Below are positions 25,501 through 38,400 of a stretch of DNA of 64,000 bases, in pieces. This DNA comes from Bilabrum cf. latius. Its lineage: Eukaryota. The stretch's first letter is position 1. Every line of letters starts with the position of its first letter. The DNA is taken from the NCBI GenBank assembly GCA_965178125.1, contig OZ237771.1, positions 248,001-312,000 of the forward strand. The letters are read 5' to 3'. A program made the translations under genes and the position numbers. The notes under the pieces are model-generated. The model saw only the letters and a list, made by a program, of their open reading frames with translations, had not been told where the DNA came from and made no database searches.

Positions 25501-28500
25501 TCACTTTCCGCCACTCAACCACGGCGGCACATCCCTGACCTCCCCCGTGATCGCATTCCTGTAGACCACCTTGCCCTTCTTGCCCTTCTCCTCCCTCCAG
25601 TTCCTGGGGTCGAGCGAGGGGTCGGCCTTCCTCGACCTGCTCTGGGACCGCTGGTGCCTCGCAACCGCCGACCGAGAGGCGCCGCGGCGCCTGCCAGCTG
25701 CTCCCGCATCCGAGTCATCGCTATCATCGCCGTCGGAAGACGACCCGGAGTCGTCAGAGGAGTCATCATCGTCCTCTGATTCGGATGCGTCGCTATCCTC
25801 ACCCGACGATTCGGAGTCGCTGCCACTCGAGGAATCCGTGGACTCGGAATCTGATTCCGAGTCGGATCGACTAGGGGCCCGTGGCACGGTTGGCGCCACG
25901 GGTGCTGCCTTGGTCGCAAACGATGGCCTGGTGGAGCCCCTGTCAAACCGCTTGGTCGCTGCTTGGAGTGGCGTGAGCACCTTCGGTTCCGGTTTCTTGG
26001 GTTCCGGTTTAGGCTCTGGTTTAGGTTCCGGCTTGGGCTCTTCTCGCGGGGGCGCCTCGGGCTTGATTTTCGGAGCTACTGGCCGGGGCGGGGCCTGTGG
26101 CTTGGCAGGCTCCGGCTCCGGCTCGGGCTCGGGCTCGGGCTCCGGTTCATCTTGGTGTTTCTTGTCTTCATCTTGTTCTTTCTCCTGCTCGCTGTCAGAC
26201 CCGAACTCTGCAAATCCATCCCGCCGGAATGTCTCGTACAGGCGCCTTCGCTCGACCTGCACCCATCTCCTCCACCATCCCTGAATGCACATGGCAGCGA
26301 CGTGATAGGCAGGCCTCCGGATCATCAGAGCCTCCGCCCAGCGCGCCGCATCAAAGGCACGGTCCCTCAGCTTGGCCCTGTTGTACTCTTTCTCGTCGTC
26401 CAGATCGATCCCCGCCATGCGAAGCGCTTCGGCGTCTGCTTCTTTGGCTCGCCTGCCGTCATTCCCACCGGCTGCGGTTTCGCGGTATACGAGGTACGGC
26501 CTGAGGACTCGTTCAATGGGCGCGTGGGCGGCAGCTCGCCTGCGGATCCCGAGGACGTGCCGCAGCTCTGCGTTCATCTGCGGGCTGGAACGCAGCATGA
26601 CACTGGACGTGCGGTAGGGGGGGCACCGGGGGGGAAACACCTCGGCAAATATACCGTGATACCCTTTCCCCGCAGCGTCGTACGCTTCCTGTCGGGGTGC
26701 CAGCTTCATAGGCCCGGATAGGGGCCAGTAGAATTGGTCGGGTCGCCGCCAAGGTGCAGCCCGTTGCAGTGCATCCTCGTCACCGTGGTATGAGGACACG
26801 GCTGTGTCAGCTGCCTGGGCCTCGTCAGCCTCGCTCGCGCGCTGCTGGCTGTAGGGTCCATCGATTGTCGAGCTGGATCGCCTTCGGTCATCGATAGCAA
26901 CAGCGGGGCTGATACCTCCGCTTGTCGTGTCTGGCGCTGCACCTGCCAAACCCGTTGCACCACCCGTGGCACCACCCGTTGTACTTGACTCAGTTGCTGT
27001 CCCAGAGGTGCCGTCAGCACCTGCTGACGCCTTTCCTGAGCCTGACTCTCCTGACTCTTCACTCGTCACACCATCGCCCGTCACATCCTTCCCAGCCGCC
27101 CACAGGCCAAGGGAAGTGGATGGCTCGACAGCTCCGCTGCCGACCCGACCGATCTCCACGTCATCAATAACTTTCCCGGAAATATCTTGGACGCTTCCTG
27201 ACACCTGCGTCCCGCCGCTGAACATGGAGGCCCGCTGTCTGGCAACGAGCTGCTTCCTCCTGGTCATGTCCCGGAGTGGCCTCGGGATCGCACCCGACTG
27301 CCGTAGGGTCATGCCTCGCTCCACCCAGGCACACCCAGGACCCGTTAGGTCGCTTAACCATACCTAAAAGCAGTCTGTGTTGTGGTACACCACGTCTGTT
27401 ATGCTGGCGCACGGATAGATCGCTGCGATTCCCTTCCTCGGTCGCAATATAAACTCCTCTTCCTCCACGGTCCAGGTCAGCCGAGGTCGCCAGGATCCGG
27501 GCGCAACGGCTTTGGCCACCTTAGCCCGCATGGCCGCGTCTCGTTTCCGCCGCTCTGCCATCATGTCCGACCGGTTCATAACGACAGAACCGCGCAAGAA
27601 AACAGGCTCTGAGCTGTTCCCATCGTCTCCTAGTCCGCCGTTTGCAGCGAATACGGGCCGAAGCTGGGACTCACCGGATGACTTATGGTCCCCTGCATCT
27701 TCGTGCAGTGCATCTATGCCATCCACCCCGAGCCCAAACCCATTCCCAATGACACTGATTGAACCATTTCCAGCATCAGCACCAGCATCGGTACCAGCAC
27801 CAGCACCGGCACCGGCCGCAGCAGGCAACAGCGCCATCGTACCCCTCCGCTGCTTGCCCGGGCTCCTGGTCCTGGTCCAGCCCTCCCCTTTGGCCACCTC
27901 TGCCAGGCCACCGTCAACTACACCGGTGGTTCGGAAGGCCTTACCGTCCGGCACGATTGACCCCAGCTTCAGATCCGATGCTGCCCCCAGACCCAGACCG
28001 ACCGCGCCAGCCCTGCCCCACGCACTGAGGGCACCGACACCCGCGCCTATGCCGGCTCCTGTTCCGCTAGTCGCTGACCCTAACCCAGAGCCGAAAACGC
28101 TCCCAGACTCGTCGCTGCCGTGTGACGACAGGCTATGTCCGGTTGCAACAGACTCGCTTCTCGACCTGCCGGAAAGAAAAGCACCGATGGAGCTGCGACG
28201 GAACCGCTTCCTCCACCTCTCCAGCCGGTACACGTTCGGTGACGTTAGCGACGGTATGACGCCGGTGTCGGCTGCCGTGATGGGTGCCTACTGCTCACTC
28301 GTCACACCGGAAAGGTCTAGGCAAGGGACCGGCCCCGATACCGCCCCCCAAGTGCCCGCGCCGGAGCCGGAGGCCCCGCTGGCATTCTGGTTCCTAGCCC
28401 GCTCCCGCTCTGCTACCACGCGGGCGGCCTCCAAAGCACTCAGCGGCTTCGATGCCATTTCCTGTCCACCGGTGGATTCTTTAGAACCTCCCACGGCTCC

Positions 28501-31500
28501 GTCTGCGCCCTCCCTGTCACCAGGAGTCTCAGCGCCCAATGGATCCGGCAGCAGGGGTGAAGCATCGCCCGAGTCTCTTGCCCCTGCCCCTGCCCCTGCG
28601 CCTCGCCCACCCTAGTCGCTGAAGGAGACCCTGCTACCAGCACCACCATGCCGTGCATGTCCTTTGCTTGCCATGTCTGCACCTGCGCCTGCGCCTCCAC
28701 TGAACGAAATCCTGTTGGAAATCGAGGCAGCCGATAGCCGCTTCTGCCCGATCAGATCCATGGGGTTGGAAGGACCCGAAAGGGAGCTCCTCTTGCTATC
28801 GCTTTCACTCAACATCCTGGTTCGCTTGCGGCCCGAGCTTCCGATGAAAATGCCGGATTTTCGGAGCGTGGCTCGCCTTTGAGACTCGTTTCTGGCTGCC
28901 CGCAGCACGGCCGCGGTCTCATCCGCGTGCACGCCCAGAGACGGGGTGCGCGAGCTGTACACCGCACCCGGCGCGAATTTCGCTAGCAGTTTCTGGTCCT
29001 CTGCCTCGTCGCTGTCGCTGCCTCCTGCGCCCGTGGATCCTGTCCGGGGCGTCGATGTGCGGGGCGACGATGACAGCAGGCCGCGCGGGCTGGTGCCGGC
29101 GCTCGCGCCGCTGCTCAGGATCCCGCGGGAAGCAAACGCGCCGAGAGCACTCCCGGCCAGCCCGAGGCGCGCCGTGTCCCTATGCACCCCGATACCCAGC
29201 CTGTGTTTTGCCAGCCTCCTGCATGCCTTCTGCACCCGCTGTGCTATCACTTTCTGTTTCTGCACTTCGTACTGCCTGTACATGTCCATGTAGCAGTCCC
29301 TTGCCGCCAGCCACCCCGCATCCGAGTCTTCGAATTCGACAAGGAAGTACAGTCCCAGCAGAAAGAAGCGCGGTGCCCAGCCGCTCTCCACCCTGGATGG
29401 ATCCAGCCTCACCCGGCCGTCCCTTCTGCTCGCAGGACCCACGGCGCCGCCTTGCTTCTTCAGCTCCTCTTTTTCCTTACGGGCCTGTTGGATTGCGTCC
29501 GTCACGCTGCCACCAGCCGCAGCCGCCATTCGGAGCGCAGTGGATGCGCCGTCATCGTCCCTGTCATCGTCAATATGGTCCTCCAGCCCGATCACAACCC
29601 TTCTGACCCTCCCTGGCGCACCAGGGGCCACCTGATCAAGAGCCCTTGACACGTCAGAATGCGTGAATCGCTCGTTGTCACCTGCCTTGACCGTGGCCAC
29701 CACGCGCGAGTCTGCCGCCGCCATGTCGCTGGGGGCAATCGGGTCTGTTTGGATTTGGGCGCTGGGCAGGGCCGGAGGTTTCAGGGAATACACGGAGGAA
29801 CGTTCGTCCTTCCGGAGAGAAAATTCGCTGGCCATAGGCGGCGTGGTCACCGCCTTTCCTGCCTCGGGCCCAGCCCCTGACGATCCACCGGTGGATTGCC
29901 GCCCGTAGGCGTCCACGATCGCCCGATCCGCCTAGGTGGTTCTATGCAGCACCACCAGTGCAACCTTGTAGTACTCTTCCGCGAGGTTCCGCACCTCATG
30001 GCGCCGCGCATGCTCATAGGTTGCAACCGGCAACGTTCCGTCCGGCCGGCACCCTCCGCCTAGCCCCCTCATGCTGCCACCATAGCTGATACCTCCAGAC
30101 CCGAGCAGAGCAGGAGTACCCGGGCTGATCGTCCCGGCGACCTCGCCGGACCCGAATGCTGCCGACCCAGTTTCCGCACCTCCGACTGCAGATCCAGCAA
30201 CAGACCTCGTGCCGGCAACGCTCGACCACTCATCCTCTTCTTCCGAAGAACTGGACGATGAGCCTGATCGCCCTGCCCCCTTCTCTTTCACCTTTTTCCT
30301 TGTCACTGTCCTCTTGTGCAGGATACCTAGATGGAACGGGATACCCAACCTACCGATCGCGTCCCAGCAGCACTGGTACGCCGCTCGTCGTCTGCGCGCC
30401 GCCTGCACCGCCCGCCACCTCAGCACAAAGGAAAACACGATCTGTCTGGCGATGGGCTCCTGCGCTGCCCTTCGGATCTCCTGCACCCAACGGGCAGCCA
30501 CCCTCGGATCCGGAGCGATTAATGGAAGCACGCGTCCCGTGGTTGCAACGATCTCGAAGCAGCACGAGTGCTTCTCCATAGCCCGCTCGGACGACATCGC
30601 GGGCCCGAACCCAAACAGAGACCACCAGCCGGGGTTCTCGTCGTTTTCATCTTCTTCTTCGTTCTGGTACCGAGCCAGGGCGTGTTTGGCCAGGGCTGTG
30701 TTGGCGCCTGCCTTGGTCAAGGAGGCGCCTATGCCCACCCTGCTGTCAGATCGGGCCCGCGGCCCTGCTGAAGATGAAGATCCAGATCCACCACCAGCCC
30801 CGCCACCAGATGCACTCGTCACACCACCAAAGCGGACCCTGCTTCCACCGCCCTGCTACCGCTCCTCCTCTCCCACGGAATCTCTCCTGATCTGCTCCCG
30901 GATGGCGGTTGCTGCCCCTTGCGGAAACGTCTCGCTATCCACAGGCGCCGTCTCGAAGGCGGCCCGCAGCCGCCGCCGGGCCACCCTCTCACTGGTGAAG
31001 CCCACCCTGCGGATCGCAGTGAGTGGTATGCTGCTGATGCTTCCCTTGGCTGCCTCCATGGATCCCTCAAACCAGAAGATTCCCTTCTCGTGCGCACTCA
31101 GCACAAAGCCGACGTCGTGCCTCCAAGCGTATCCGGACTGGCTATCTGCTACGCTCAGCCTACCACGAAGCCTCACCCCACGCTGCAGATTTATGCCTGA
31201 AAATATTTTCAGGTCTCTTCGGAAATACTGTACAACGGCCGACATGCCTGCGCTCTCGGCTGCCTGCAGCGGCGTGAACTTGTCTTTAGAAGTGGACCAG
31301 AGGTCTATATCGGCCTGGTTGGCGAGCAACTTGACTACCTGCGGCATTATGAGTGATAAAAACGCTGCATACACCATTTGATCCCAGCTCTATGGCGATA
31401 ATGCTCGACATAGCAGTGCGCAGTCATAGGTAGCAGGCTTGCAGCTGCCAGCAAAACGAGCCAGCGCAATGAGCAGCCGATGGGCAACAAGGCGATACAA

Positions 31501-31970
31501 ATTGATGATGCATAGCAAATGAACCTACCTAGGCGAATGAATTCCCATAATCTGGTGCAGAATAACTAATCACGCAAAGCGAACGATGGCAGCTACAGAC
31601 CCGAGAACCTGCTATCAGAAGCACTCACCTCAAGATGTCCACCCACGCATGCCAAATGAAGTGGTGTGTCACCAAACTTATCTCTGGCATTTAAAGAGGG
31701 TCGGACTCCAGTCGCAGCTCCTTTGTCAAGCAGAGCTTTGGCGGCGTCTCTTGCTCCGCAAGCCGCAGCTACGTGCAATGGCGTTATTCCCGAGCTATCC
31801 TTACAATTAATATCTACGCCTTGTCGAGCCAGCTGTCGGATGTCCATTCCACTGTCGCGCAGGCAAGCCTCGCGGAGTCTTGAAAACAGTCTTTTGGTCG
31901 CTCGGCGAGCATCCTTTACTGATGCACCGCTCTTGGCAGAGCCTTTGCCAGCGAACTTCTTCACCGGCAT
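25501..31970 (-). CDS. ~2060-aa protein: N-terminal ankyrin repeats, PH-like segments, IQ motif, Pro/Glu/Lys and acidic tracts, C-terminal WW domain
   Basis: Ankyrin GITPLHVAA and GDTPLHLAC; PH-like FEIVATTGRVLPLIAPDPRVAARWVQEI; IQ AAMCIQGWWRR; WW NWREEKGKKGKVVYRNAITGEVRDVPP. Six same-frame ORF fragments joined by 5 TAGs, plus an N-terminal exon joined by one intron; ends at TGA. Confidence 0.8.
31339..31628 (-). other. GT-AG intron (290 bp)
   Basis: GAG|GTGAGT ... GCCGCAG|GTA restores the ankyrin consensus GHLEVVKLL. Confidence 0.88.
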
Positions 31971-32226
31971 CCGAATCAATGTAATTCTTTGAATGGATCA
32001 CAAGTCATTTTAGCCTAGCAGCCCATGCAGCTGCGCTATCTGGGACGATACACCAACCCTCCAAGGTCGCATGGGCGCCGCGCAACGGAACATTAAGATT
32101 TGGTCGCACGGTCGTGCGCACCTCATGCCTTGCAACCCATACTATTCCACAAAATGCGCTACCCGGTGCCGCACAACAACAAGTGCAAGCAGTCGCCCAA
32201 TCACCCCCTGGGTTGCTTGTAGCCCC

Positions 32227-34656
32227 TCAGATGCCTTTTGTCTTCATCTTCACCCCGCGGCTCTGCAAAGACCCAGCGCCTGGAACCCTTCTCCCCCCTT
32301 TCTTCAACCGATACATGAATCCAGGCAGCCGAAGCTCCTCACCGGGAGCAGCCGTCAGCAGGTTCAAAGCCTGGCGAGTGAACGGACACATGCGGCGCCT
32401 CGTCAGCGATCGGCGCCCTGTTGTCACAGACATGCCATCACTCGTCACATCAGAGCTACCATCTGCTGCCCCAATACTGCCCAGCCCTTCTTCGTTCCTA
32501 TTGGTACCCAGCTGAAGCCCAGCGATGCTCACCCCGCGCTGCAATGCAATGCCTGCGGGACCCTCGGGCTGCGCCTTTGTCTCTGCTGCTGCACCGTGCC
32601 GGGATTGGGACTTGCCTCCAGGTGCATGGGCCGAGACTAGTCCTGGCTTGTCCGCCCCGGCTACGCCGACCGTGCTCTGCTTGCTCTTTGGACTTGAGCC
32701 CTTCGGAGGCGATGACATCGCCCCCCCCTGCCCTGCCTTTCCGGTGAGCCTTCTCCACCGATGCATCCTCTGCTCCTCCTCCCTCTCCTTCTGGATTCGG
32801 TCCATCTTCTCCTGCTGCATGCGGCGGATTGTCCCCACCAAGGGGCCCTCGGGGATATCCCCCCCCACCAGATCCAGGTCGGGCTTCCTGACGCCCTCGT
32901 GCACCACTGCCTCCGCCGCGATCCTGTACGATTTCCCGCTCTGATGCTTCTCCCGAATCCACTCCTCAAACATTAAAGGGGACTCAACGGTCCGCAGTTG
33001 CCTGCGGATCTGCCGCGCCGACTGCCGCGGAATCCCGCCGTATCCATACAGTAGGTGCGAACCGCGCGACGGGTCCATAACCTCCTGCTGATGCTCCTGC
33101 TCCTGCCCCTCTGTTGCACCAGGCTGCCCCACATCTGGTTTCTCCCCATCACCAAGCACTATGATGCCCGGCAGGGAGATGGGAGAGGAGCTTCGGCGGG
33201 CCATGACGCTGCCGACCGATGGACGAAACGAGTCGGATGCTGACGAGGCAGACGAGGCGTGCGAGGTGGAGGAAAACACAGAGGTGGAGGAGGAGTACGA
33301 TGTACCGCGCCTCTTCCGCTTGCGGGGCGGCCGTGACAGTGCACTCCGGGGCTGTGGCAAAATCCCGATGGAGGTCGCGATGGCTGCGCTCTCGGGACTC
33401 TTCGGAGTTAGCCGCTTCACGACCTAGGCACCGCCGCCCATGCTGCGCACGGAATGCGCGCCGCTTGCGGTGGCGATGGGTGCCAGTCCGGCGGCAGCAG
33501 CGGCGGCGGCCCTCGATTCCGGATCCATGGTCCACTGCTCAGGGGGGACGTACCACCGGCCGTACTGCGGGTTCATTTTGGCTCCGGGTCGTGCTCCGGA
33601 TCTCCCAAGCGGTGACGAGTGTGGCGCGGCATCCTCTCCAAGTCGCGCGTTGGAGTATCTCATCGGCGGGAGCTTGTTGTCTCCAGCTACAGTCCCCCCA
33701 GGCACCCTCTGCAGCCGCTTCGAGTTCTGAAACATCTGGTCTACGCTTTGCGTGGGTCGCGAGCGCATCCCGAGCAGATGCCTGATGCTTGGGTCGTCCC
33801 TTTCCTCCAGGGCAAGCCTGAGCTGCTCCTCCGTGATGCTCTCCTCGCTCCCTGCGGAACTTACGGATGCGCGGCGCCCGTCGGGCGGCGGCTGCTTTTC
33901 AAGGTTCCGCTGCGAGGCTGACAACCCCTGCATCGCTGCGGCTGCGCTGAGGATACCCGCTGCCGCTGGGCCCCCTTGCTGGTTGTTCTTCAAGAGCAGC
34001 TGCTCCTGCGCTTGCTTCTCGCTCTCCCTCACCAGCACCTGCTTGGCCCACTCGGGGCGGTCTGCTGGGGACAAGTCAAAGGCTGCCCCGCTGCCGGGTG
34101 TGACGAGCCAGAGAACCTTCATCGAACGTTCGATGGCCTCTCGGGAGGTTGTGTCTGCGGGGAGGCCGCCTTCTTCGCCCTCATGCTCCACGCCGATGAA
34201 GCGAGGTATGCATGTTTTCGCGGCCTCTGTGCCTTTGTTCACGATGCTTGCAGCGGTCGGGCTGCGCGCACGTCTGCTTGCGCTTTCGCGTGGCGACCCG
34301 CCGGACAGTTCGGCTGGCCCAACCGCCACCGCCACTGCCACTGGTCCGTTAGCAGCTCCGTAGGCAGCTTCGGGAAGGGCGAATGGCTCCGCTTCCAGCT
34401 GGGACGCCAGCAACGCGACTGGACCGGATTGGATCGGCTCTGGTGAGCTACTCTGTCTTAGCGTAGCTTCCAGCTCTGTAATTTCTCTTGCAATCGCAAA
34501 GGATGTTGTGGCATCCTCTACAGACGGCTTGGTTTCGGTCTTGGTGTCGCCAACTGCTTTGACCAGCCCGACTGATGCACGTGACTTGAATACTCCAACT
34601 GGCTTATGATTCTCTTTCACGAATTTCCAGTTCGACTTGTCGAGAGGCCGCTTCAT
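32227..34656 (-). CDS. Hypothetical ~809-aa protein
   Basis: ORFs 33424-34656 and 32227-33420 are in frame and separated by one TAG; ends at TGA. Contains an NPQYGRWYVPPEQW motif. Confidence 0.65.
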
Positions 34657-35464
34657 GTCCGAGCTTGCTAGGCGTCGCCGATCAGCTCCCGACTCGCAGG
34701 TAGCGCAATTCGTACGACACCTCAGCAGAGCAATAATAATGATAAAAAATTAGTCATTGACCATGTGCCAAAATACAATCCTGACGTAATTTAGTTATGA
34801 TGTTCCTGCTGTTGATGGCGCCAAACCAGGCATTATGAGTACATTGCGACCGCGGCAGCCCAGTGACGGCAAGACCAGCGACGTCAATCTTTGCAACATG
34901 ATCATTCCACCATTCACAGCCAGCTCGCGAGAAAACGCAGCACGTATCAATTTAAAGTTTGTCGAGAGCCATTCAAGTGATGCTGCTGTCAGTAAATACA
35001 GGTATAGCTACGGAACGCAGTCCTTGGGGCAAGCAGCACCGAACCATCACAGAAGGGAGCTAAGAATGGGTTGTATGGCTGCTAGAATATAGATCATGTA
35101 TTTCATAGGATCACCTGTTGGATCAAGCTCGCGCTCTCACTGCACAAACTGGCCCGATATCACAGCAACAGCCCTGCACACCGGCATCCAGTTTCAATTA
35201 TATTCTTGCATTTCATCTGCACGATGATATGGCACAATGCCAACAGAGTGTGATAGCATAAATGGTAACATACCCATCCAATATAAGCATACAAACGTGC
35301 AATATCGCACGGATTGAACTCGACGCGTCGTTTTGGCATCGGCACTGAAGTGTGACGAGTATTCACTCATCACATCGAGGTGCCAAGCAAGAACGGATTG
35401 AAACGATCTTCAGTGTTCGCTACAACAGCAAGAGCGTCGATACAATTATAGCGTTGGCCCAAAC

Positions 35465-38400
35465 ATGTTTGTACTAGTTGTACTAGCATCATTAGCAGGC
35501 CTTGCATGGGCTCAAGGGGAGGACCCCTACTGCCCGTACTTCAATAATCGCGCCCCCGAGCCAATGCCGCGAGTACCGGTGCAAGTCGGCAACTGCTCCC
35601 GCTGGTACCGTGAAAGTTCATGTTGCCGGATATCAGAACTTAGCACGTTCCTGCCTGGGGGTGCTTCACCGGTGAGTAGGAATATCAGGGCCTATGTGGT
35701 GCGGGCGCCTTCCTGACCTGCTACCCTTGCAACGATACATTGGTATCCATGAAGCATCGCAGCTGAAAACTAGAGACAATGATTGCCTCAGAGTCCTTAA
35801 CTACATGTACTGCTGGCCGTGTTCGCCGGATAGCCAGTACTTCTACAACCTAGCAACCCAGAAGGTGAAGATGTGCAGCTCCATGTGTGACCGCATCTTT
35901 GACACATGCGCAGACGCAGTTTGGAAGGGCAAGACGGTCAGAGATTCATTTGCATCTGGCCAATAGATGTGCGCGCTACAAGGCTTTGAGTACATCGATG
36001 ATTCCGGAGACGCCCAATCTGGCGATACGCCGGGCGAGCAATTCGGCTGTCTCGGGGTTCGACCAGGCGACGACGTATCCAGCGCAGCTCCAGCCGCGTT
36101 TTTGAGTCCAACTGCAGTTTTAGCAACAGTTGCTGCTGCGATTTTTTCGATCGGCGCGAGAGGTCAGGCGTCAGGAGACGGCGCGTCTCCCTGCTGCCAC
36201 CAACGGCGGCGCGTCACCGGATTTGCGACCATCTCTGCAGCGGCCGCCCTCGCCGTCCTAGGGCTCCTAGCCCGCCCGTCCCTTGGAGCTGTTCACCAGC
36301 GCGGGGAGCATCCAATCCGCCAGAAGCAACAAATTGCGGAAGAATCCGACCCGCCGGTGGTACCCTACGAATTCTACGAAGCAGGCCCCGCAGACAACGC
36401 CCCCGTCAAGGCCGGGACCGCGAGCGAGCTCGGGGCCGGGGCAGGCGCTCCGATCGGGCCAATGACCAGGGAACAATTCGCCCTGCACCAGCAGAGGAGG
36501 CTTCAGGGAGAGGCCGGCCGCGCCTGCCCCTACATCGGCGGGGGCAGGCTTTCGGCTCCGAATTACCAGCTGAGCAACTGCACCCAGTACCAGCCCAACG
36601 CCTGCTGCACCGACCCGGAAGTTGTGGCACTGACCGAAGCACCTCCCCAACTCCGTGGCGGCACGCCTGACTGCTACTCGGCTCTCAACTACATCACCTG
36701 CAGCCCATGCTCATCGAGGCAGTCCGAGTTTTACATTGGGAGCGAGCAGGAGCAGCAGCAGGTGCGCGTGTGTTCCGGTTTCTGCGACCAGATGTTCGAC
36801 GTGTGCCGGTCCGCTCGCCTGATACAGCCGTCAGGCAGAAATGACGATGAGCAAAACGAGGGCAGGCGCGTGGACGATCTGTTCGAAGACGGCACGGCCA
36901 TGTGCGCAGGGATGGGCTTCCAGCCGATCTCACAGCCCCAGAACAACCCCCTGTTCGGGTATTTCAACCGGCGCAATCGGCAGGCTAGAGGGCTGGAGGG
37001 CTGCTTCGGCGTGGAGCCATTCCACGAGGTCTTCTCGAGCGGCAGTGGGAGGACGGCGGGAGTCGGACTCGGAGCCGTCGCCCTCGGAACCGTCATCCTT
37101 GCCATGGTAGCCAGTACCATGGGTCTCGTGTCGGACGGGGACGCACCAGCTGCCGCGGGTAGTGGCTCTACCGGCCTCCGCAGTATTACTGTCAGGGCCT
37201 CAACGGCTGTCGTGGCCTGCACCGCCATTCTGCTCGCCCTAGCAGGTGCCATTGGCCCCGCCCCCGCCTCGGCTGACTTCACGCGAGCGCTGGCGAAGAG
37301 CCTCGGGGAGGCCGTAAACCGGAACTTGGAGGAGGTGGCAGAGTCTCAGCTGCGTCGCTCAGAAATCCAGGCCATTTACGACAACGCGAACTACACTCTG
37401 CAGCAGCGGGACGGTGCGGTCCTAGTGCAGTCAGTTCGAAACAGCCTCAGCGGGTTCTTCCAGACAAAGCTGTCCCTGGTAGAGCAGATGGCTGACGATG
37501 TTGCAGCAAATCTGCAGGCGAATGCGGCCACCAACGTGGCCAATGAACCCGACTTCATCGATACTGACACCGTGCTGGAAATGCCTGGAGAGCAGTTCGA
37601 CGTCCGTTACCAGCAGCACGTCAGCTTCCAGACCTCTTCCGTGAAGATTCCCGAGTTCGCAAATCGGGATGTGGACAACGAGCGCGCTAAAGCATATCCT
37701 GACGGAGTGCTCGGCGCTGCGTGGGGCACCAACTCCATTGACGACGCGCTGCGAGCACCCCAGCTGGCTGACTCGAGCGTGAGGTGGAGCTACTTCGGTC
37801 AGCGCAGCGGGGTGTTCAGGCAGATGCCCGGCCGCCGCAGGGCGCGAAACTACTTCGGATTCACCAGCGACTACAACCCCCTCACCAGGCCGTGGTATGT
37901 AGGCGCCACAGGGCAGCAGAAAGACGTGGTGATCCTACTGGACTGCACCCGTTCCATGGTGATCAGTAACCGTCAGAACCAGGCCATCGAAGCTGTGCGC
38001 ACGGTGATCAGCACCCTTTCGCCAGAGGACCGATTCAACGTGATCTGCATGCAGCAGGGATATCATCGGGGAACTTGCGGTGGTAGTGAGTGCATCGACA
38101 CCAAGGTTTGGTACAGGCACCGTCAGACCCACACGCTGGGCTGCGGTAGAAGCCTCCAATTTGCAACCCCCGCCAACAAGGACCAAGTCCTCGCCAAGCT
38201 GAGTCCTTCAATGTTCGACGGGCAACAGGACTGGGGCGATGCAATCCAGCTTGCACGAGACTTGTTTCGTGACAGTGGGAGGGCGTGCGACACCGTTCTA
38301 ATGGTGATAACCGACAGTTTCTCCCTCGACACGTCCCTGGTGCAAGGCTACTCTCACACGAAGTGCGATGAGGACGGTATCTGCACCGACTACTACTCCG

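Noticed and set aside
33530-33580. FAM47-like assignment from the YGRWYVPPEQW motif
   Set aside because: A single short motif recalled from memory is insufficient to name the gene.
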